This document shows positions 28,302 through 33,333 of a stretch of DNA of 33,333 nucleotides, piece by piece. Position 1 is the stretch's first letter. Each line of letters begins with the position of its first letter. Location of the stretch: contig JANMST010000520.1 of assembly GCA_031389635.1 (NCBI GenBank), forward strand, positions 1 through 33,333, written 5' to 3'. The notes beneath the pieces were generated by a model. It was not told where the DNA came from and did not search any database. It saw only the letters and a list, made by a program, of their open reading frames with translations. The stretch comes from Acidimicrobiia bacterium. GTDB taxonomy: Bacteria > Actinomycetota > Acidimicrobiia > Spongiisociales > ZC4RG35. Both the position numbers and the translations under genes were made by a program.

Positions 28302-29085
28302 CGTCTTCATAACAGCGGCATCCACGATCGCCGTGTTGATGCTCGCTACCTGGCTCGTGAGCGGCGTCGTCAGGAATGCCTCGATCGTTGACCTCGTCTG
28401 GGGTCTCGGGTTCGTCCTGGTGGCATGGGCGGTCTTTCTTCGACACTCCCTCGAAACCGAAATCGGTAACCCCGGGCGGGTGCTCGTGCCGGTCATGCTG
28501 ACGACCGTCTGGGGCTTGCGCCTTTCGGGGTACCTCGGCTGGCGCAACATAGGGAAGGGAGAGGACTACCGCTACCGGGCGATGCGTGAGAAGCACGAAC
28601 GCAGATTCTTCTGGGTCAGCCTCGGCACCGTCTTCGGCCTGCAGGGAGTGCTGATGTGGATAGTTTCGCTTCCTGTGCAGGCCGCCGTCGCTCGGCCCAG
28701 CGCTTCGGATGTCTTTGGGTGGTTATTGATTCTCGGAGTGGGCTTTTGGGTGGTCGGATTCGCTTTCGAGACCGTCGGCGATATCCAGCTGGCCCGCTTC
28801 AAAGCCAACCCCGCCAACAGGGGGAAAGTCATGGACCGGGGGCTGTGGCGGTACACACGTCATCCCAACTACTTCGGCGACTTCTGTATTTGGTGGGGGA
28901 TGTACTTGATCGCTTTCGAAGCCGGTCATTGGTGGACGATCGTGGGACCGGCGGTGATGACCGCCTTGCTCATGAAGTACTCGGGCGCGGGTTTGCTGGA
29001 GAAGACCATCGTCAACCGCCGGCCCGGCTACGAGGAGTACGTCAAGAAGACCAACACTTTCTTTCCTGGTCCGCCCAAGCCATAG
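28294..29085 (+). CDS. DUF1295 / steroid 5-alpha-reductase-like membrane protein
   Basis: SIVDLVWG, WGLRLS, GEDYRY, GLWRYTRHPNYFG, YEEYVKKTN.FFP. Confidence 0.88.
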   Translation: MVDVFITAASTIAVLMLATWLVSGVVRNASIVDLVWGLGFVLVAWAVFLRHSLETEIGNPGRVLVPVMLTTVWGLRLSGYLGWRNIGKGEDYRYRAMREKHERRFFWVSLGTVFGLQGVLMWIVSLPVQAAVARPSASDVFGWLLILGVGFWVVGFAFETVGDIQLARFKANPANRGKVMDRGLWRYTRHPNYFGDFCIWWGMYLIAFEAGHWWTIVGPAVMTALLMKYSGAGLLEKTIVNRRPGYEEYVKKTNTFFPGPPKP

Positions 29086-29170
29086 GTTCGAGGTTCGAGG
29101 TTCGAGGTCGGGACGTGAGACGTGGGACGTGAGACGTGAGACGCCGCCTTGAGACTGGGGGCCTGAGGCT
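29085..29170. repeat. Composite heptamer array G (GGTTCGA family running into ACGTGAG family)
   Basis: (GGTTCGA)3 GGTCGGG ACGTGAG ACGTGGG (ACGTGAG)2, then a degenerate ttgagac/ctgaggc tail. Confidence 0.92.
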
Positions 29171-29202
29171 TCCACCGCCCGCGGAGTAGTACCTTTCGGG
29201 CT

Positions 29203-30174
29203 GTGTTCATGGACGCTGCGCTCTATCGGGATGGCAAGCGGCTGCCGGAGCCCTTCGTCCTCGACGGAGCCCGGCATCATTGTGACGACCCCAACACCTT
29301 CGCCTGGATCGGGCTGTACGAGCCGACGGTGGAGGAGTTGGAGGCGGTCACGAAAGAGTTCGACCTTCACGAACTGGCGGTGGAGGACGCTCTCCACGCT
29401 CATCAGCGGCCCAAGCTCGACGTCTACGAGGACACCCTCTTCGTCGTTTTGAAGCCGGCCCGCTATGTCGACCCCGTCGAGGTGGTCGAGCTGGGCGAGA
29501 TCCTTCTTTTCGTCGACGACCGCTTCGTCGTTGCAGTCCGGCATGGCGAGGCCTCCAAGCTGGTGGCCGTTCGCAAGGCCCTCGAGGATCAGCCGGAAGA
29601 GCTGCGCAACGGATCCAGTGCCGTCCTCCTGGCAATCCTGGACCGTGTGGTCGACGACTATGTGGCGGTGCTGGATGGTCTGGAGGGCGACATTCGGGAA
29701 CTGGAGGACGAGGTCTTCTCAGAAACAGGCACAACTCCCACCCACCGGATCTACAGGCTGAAGCGAGAGGTTCTTCAGTTTCACCAGGCCACCGCTCCCC
29801 TGGTGGAACCGATCCTGTTGCTGGCCAATCGGCGGTTTCCGGCCATCAACCCGGAGCTGCGCAAGTACTTCAACGATGTCCACGACCACCTAGTTCGTGT
29901 AGTTGACAAGATCACCGCCTTCCGCGACCTGCTGACATCGATCCTCGAAGCCAACCTCACCCAGGTCAGCGTTCGTCAAAACAACGACATGCGCAAGATC
30001 TCGGCCTGGGTGGCCATCGCCGCAGTGCCGACCGCGCTGGCAGGAATCTGGGGGATGAACTTCGACCACATGCCCGAACTCGAGCGGACCTGGGGCTACC
30101 CCTTCGCCCTCACTTTGATGATCGTCGTCTGTGGGACCCTGTATCGAAAGTTCAAGAAGTCCGGTTGGCTATGA
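29203..30174 (+). CDS. corA: Magnesium/cobalt transporter CorA
   Basis: HELAVEDA.HQRPK, NNDMRKIS, GMN motif (GIWGMNF.HMPEL); TACCTT -10 box 7 nt before the GTG. Confidence 0.95.
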   Translation: MFMDAALYRDGKRLPEPFVLDGARHHCDDPNTFAWIGLYEPTVEELEAVTKEFDLHELAVEDALHAHQRPKLDVYEDTLFVVLKPARYVDPVEVVELGEILLFVDDRFVVAVRHGEASKLVAVRKALEDQPEELRNGSSAVLLAILDRVVDDYVAVLDGLEGDIRELEDEVFSETGTTPTHRIYRLKREVLQFHQATAPLVEPILLLANRRFPAINPELRKYFNDVHDHLVRVVDKITAFRDLLTSILEANLTQVSVRQNNDMRKISAWVAIAAVPTALAGIWGMNFDHMPELERTWGYPFALTLMIVVCGTLYRKFKKSGWL

Positions 30175-30187
30175 CGGGTAGGAACAG

Positions 30188-31513
30188 ATGAACAAACAAG
30201 CCGAATACGTGCTCCGCACTGTGGAAGAACGAGGGATTCGCTTCATAAGGCTCTGGTTCACCGACGTGCAGGGCTTCCTCAAGTCGGTCTCAATCAGCCC
30301 GGCCGAATTGGAAGTCGCCTTCGAGGAGGGGATGACCTTCGACGGATCCGCCATCGACGGCTACGCCCGGGTCCAGGAGGCGGACATGCTGGCGCGCCCG
30401 GATCCGTCAACGTTCCAGATCCTCCCTTGGCGACCCGACGAGCAGGTAGCGCGGATGTTCTGTGACATCGTTTCCCCCGATGGCGCTCCGTTCGAAGGCG
30501 ACCCCCGGGGAGTGCTCAAGCGCAACCTGGAAGCGGCGGCCGAACTCGGCTTCACTTTCTACGTCGCCCCGGAACTGGAGTTCTTCTATTTCGCCGACTC
30601 CGGCCCGAAGCCCAAGGTGCTCGACCGCGGCGGCTATTTCGACCTGACCCCGCTCGATTCGGCCCAGGAGTACCGACGCAAGACCATCAACGCTCTCGAA
30701 TTGATGGGAATCCCCGTCGAGCACTCGCATCACGAAGTGGCTCCCAGCCAGCACGAGATCATCGTCCGCTACACGGATGCCCTCACGATGGCCGACAACA
30801 TCATGACTTTCCGGCTCACGGTCAAGGAGGTGGCGTTGGAGCACGGCATCTACGCAACTTTCATGCCCAAGCCCCTCGAAGCTCACGACGGTTCCGGGAT
30901 GCATCTGCACCTCTCCTTGTTCGAAGGGGACCGCAATGCGTTTGCCGAACCCGGATCCAGCAACGGGTTGTCCCAGGTTGGCCAGCAGTTCGTAGCAGGA
31001 CTTCTGACCCACGCCGCCGAGATCACTGCCATCACCAACCAGTGGGTTAACTCGTACAAGCGGTTGGTTTCAGGATTCGATGCTCCCATCTGGATCTCGT
31101 GGGCGAGGAACAACCAGTCGGCGCTTGTGCGGGTGCCGCGGGCTAAAAGAGGCAAGGCCTCGAGCGTCCGGGTCGAATACCGCTCGCCCGATGCAGCCGC
31201 CAACCCTTACCTGGCGTTGTCGGTAGTTCTTGCTGCGGGTCTGGCCGGGATCAAGAACGGCTACGAGCTGCCGCCTGAGGTGGTGGACAACGTGCACGAG
31301 TTGACCCCGGCCGAGCGTCAGGCTGCCGGAATCGCCCGACTTCCCGAGACCATGGCTGAGGCGCTGGAAATAATGGAGCGATCGGAACTGGTCGCCGAGG
31401 CTCTTGGAGAGCACGTCTTCTCGTGGTTTCTCCGCAACAAGCGGAAAGAGTGGGATCGCTACCAGCACCACGTCAGCCGCTTCGAACTCGACACCTACCT
31501 ACCGGTTCTCTGA
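30188..31513 (+). CDS. glnA2: Glutamine synthetase-like protein, actinobacterial GlnA2 type
   Basis: VLRTVEERGIRFIRLWFTDV, FDGSAI, HHEVAPSQHEI, ATFMPKP, GSGMHLH, NSYKRL, RVEYRSPD. Confidence 0.85.
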   Translation: MNKQAEYVLRTVEERGIRFIRLWFTDVQGFLKSVSISPAELEVAFEEGMTFDGSAIDGYARVQEADMLARPDPSTFQILPWRPDEQVARMFCDIVSPDGAPFEGDPRGVLKRNLEAAAELGFTFYVAPELEFFYFADSGPKPKVLDRGGYFDLTPLDSAQEYRRKTINALELMGIPVEHSHHEVAPSQHEIIVRYTDALTMADNIMTFRLTVKEVALEHGIYATFMPKPLEAHDGSGMHLHLSLFEGDRNAFAEPGSSNGLSQVGQQFVAGLLTHAAEITAITNQWVNSYKRLVSGFDAPIWISWARNNQSALVRVPRAKRGKASSVRVEYRSPDAAANPYLALSVVLAAGLAGIKNGYELPPEVVDNVHELTPAERQAAGIARLPETMAEALEIMERSELVAEALGEHVFSWFLRNKRKEWDRYQHHVSRFELDTYLPVL

Positions 31514-31531
31514 CCTCAGGGGTCCTCGACG

Positions 31532-32161
31532 ATGGAGATGGCAGTCTTTCCCGCCGACCACTCGGATGAACTGGGCTCGGTGCTGCGGGCGATGGGAGCC
31601 ACGATTCTCCCGATGGCCGAGATCAGCCCTGAGCTGCCGGATGAAGCCGGGGCCCTGATCGTCGAGCTCGGTGAGGAACCTCTCAGGCGGCTCCGCCACC
31701 TGGAGACCCTCGCCAGTGAATCGGCTGTTCCGGTTCTGGTTGTCCTCACACCCGACCAACTCCCGTTGCTCGACACCGCCGTCGGAGTCACCGACTTCGT
31801 CCTGATCCCGCTCACACGTGCCGAGCTGCGGCTCAGGTTGCGGCGGTTGACCCGGGCCGCCGGCACGGACGAGATCCATCACTTCAAGGACCTCGAGCTG
31901 AACCTGCTCACCTATCAGGCAACACTGAGCGGACGCCCCCTCGACCTGACCTACATGGAATACGAATTGCTTCGCTTTTTCATGGAGCGCCAGGGCCGGG
32001 TCTGGACCCGTGAGCAATTGCTGTCGAAGGTGTGGGGCTATGAGTACTACGGGGGCGCTCGCACGGTCGACGTTCATGTCCGTCGGCTCCGGGCCAAGCT
32101 GGGTGAGGAACGAGCCTCGTGGATAACGACGGTGCGATCGGTGGGCTACCGGTTTGGGTGA
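31532..32161 (+). CDS. glnR: GlnR-like orphan OmpR-family regulator with atypical receiver domain
   Basis: C-terminus GRPLDLTY.EYELL...VWGYEYYGGARTVDVHVRRLRAKLG; degenerate receiver; adjacent to glnA2. Confidence 0.75.
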   Translation: MEMAVFPADHSDELGSVLRAMGATILPMAEISPELPDEAGALIVELGEEPLRRLRHLETLASESAVPVLVVLTPDQLPLLDTAVGVTDFVLIPLTRAELRLRLRRLTRAAGTDEIHHFKDLELNLLTYQATLSGRPLDLTYMEYELLRFFMERQGRVWTREQLLSKVWGYEYYGGARTVDVHVRRLRAKLGEERASWITTVRSVGYRFG

Positions 32162-32199
32162 GAGGCTCCGCCGGTTTGAACGGACCGCCACGAGAACGC

Positions 32200-33333
32200 C
32201 TAACCGAACGAGATACCTTGCGCCAAGGGCAGATCGTCTCCCCAGTTGATGGTCGTTGTCTGTCTCCGCATGTAGAGCTTCCACGAGTCTGAGCCTGCCT
32301 CGCGTCCGCCGCCCGTCTCTTTCTCACCGCCGAAAGCACCACCGATCTCCGCCCCCGAGGTGCCGATGTTGACGTTGGCGATCCCGCAATCGGAGCCCAG
32401 GGTCGAGAGGAAGCGCTCGGCCGAGCGGAGCGACTCGGTGAAGATTGCCGACGAAAGCCCCTGGGGAACACCGTTGTGCACCGCGATTGCTTCGTCGAGA
32501 TCGGCGACCTCCATCACATAGAGAACGGGAGCGAAGGTCTCCTCCTGGACGATCGGAGCATCCGAACTGATCCGAACGATCGCCGGCTGCACGAAGTTGC
32601 CCGGTCGCTCGATCACGCCGCCTCCGTAGACAACAGCTCCACCCTGGTCCCGGGCGGTGGCGAGGGCGGACATCATGTCCTTGACCGCGCCCGGCGTCAC
32701 GAGCGGGCCCATCAACGTTCCGCTCTCGAGCGGATCACCGATCGGAACCTGGTGGTAGGCATCGATGAGGCGATCGACCAGTTTGTCGGCAATGGCCTCG
32801 TGGACGATGAGCCGCCGGAGCGAGGTGCACCGTTGCCCGGCGGTTCCCACGGCCGCGAAGAGCACGGCCCTGACCGCCAATTCGAGGTTGGCGTCGTCCA
32901 TCACGATGATGGCGTTGTTGCCACCGAGCTCGAGAATCGAACGACCGAACCGGCTCGCCACTGCCTCGGCCACCTTTTTGCCGACGCCGGTGGAACCGGT
33001 GGCAGAGATAAGCGGCAGACGACGATCCCGCAACATTCGATCGCCGACCACTGACCCACGCCCGACCACAAGGTTGAAAACACCCTCGAATCCGGAGCCC
33101 GCCATCACATTCTCGGCGATCCGGGTGACGGCGACGGCGGTCAGAGGGGTCTCGGACGAGGGCTTCCAGACAACGCTGTCGCCACACACCGCCGCTATGG
33201 CGGCGTTCCACGACCACACCGCCACGGGAAAGTTGAAAGCGGATATCACACCCACGGGACCGAGCGGATGCCACTGTTCGTACATCCTGTGGAGAGGGCG
33301 CTCGGAAACCATCGACAACCCGTAGAGCTGGCG
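32200..33333 (-). CDS. Aldehyde dehydrogenase family 7 (Pcd/AmaB/antiquitin-like), 5' end outside the window
   Basis: RQLYGL...[50 protein letters not shown]. Confidence 0.92.
   Translation of the reverse strand, partial: RQLYGLSMVSERPLHRMYEQWHPLGPVGVISAFNFPVAVWSWNAAIAAVCGDSVVWKPSSETPLTAVAVTRIAENVMAGSGFEGVFNLVVGRGSVVGDRMLRDRRLPLISATGSTGVGKKVAEAVASRFGRSILELGGNNAIIVMDDANLELAVRAVLFAAVGTAGQRCTSLRRLIVHEAIADKLVDRLIDAYHQVPIGDPLESGTLMGPLVTPGAVKDMMSALATARDQGGAVVYGGGVIERPGNFVQPAIVRISSDAPIVQEETFAPVLYVMEVADLDEAIAVHNGVPQGLSSAIFTESLRSAERFLSTLGSDCGIANVNIGTSGAEIGGAFGGEKETGGGREAGSDSWKLYMRRQTTTINWGDDLPLAQGISFG

Noticed and set aside
1-33333. tRNA, rRNA, known riboswitches, prophage or defence genes
   Set aside because: None recognised by eye. 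Intergenic gaps are short and accounted for; a covariance-model scan was not possible.

Overview
A GC-rich actinobacterial chromosomal segment, probably Acidimicrobiia-like (inferred from GlnA2/GlnR, RegX3/SenX3, Thr-rich lipoprotein linkers and leaderless promoters). It is mostly housekeeping. Left part: an orphan histidine kinase, an M20 amidohydrolase, a CapA-family/beta-propeller gene pair, an aapJQMP-type amino-acid ABC transporter, an ECF sigma with a probable anti-sigma, and dxs. Centre: an 11-kb co-oriented phosphate/arsenate cluster (ppk1, HTH-ArsC fusion, arsC, pstSCAB, phoU, regX3, senX3). Right part: TetR-fabH / plsC-DUF1295 lipid genes, corA, glnA2-glnR and a partial ALDH7. The main structure the genes do not explain is a set of seven degenerate 7-bp tandem arrays from several sequence families. 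They fill intergenic gaps, often as inverted arms or beside leaderless -10 boxes, and one lies inside a CDS. The first ~260 bp are an AT-rich IS30 transposase fragment joined mid-gene to a host gene, possibly an assembly chimera. Also notable: a probable non-canonical ATC start for aapQ, a GlnA2 with Asp at the Glu-flap position, and a GlnR-like regulator with Glu at the phosphoacceptor position. All calls were made by eye from motifs; no searches were run.
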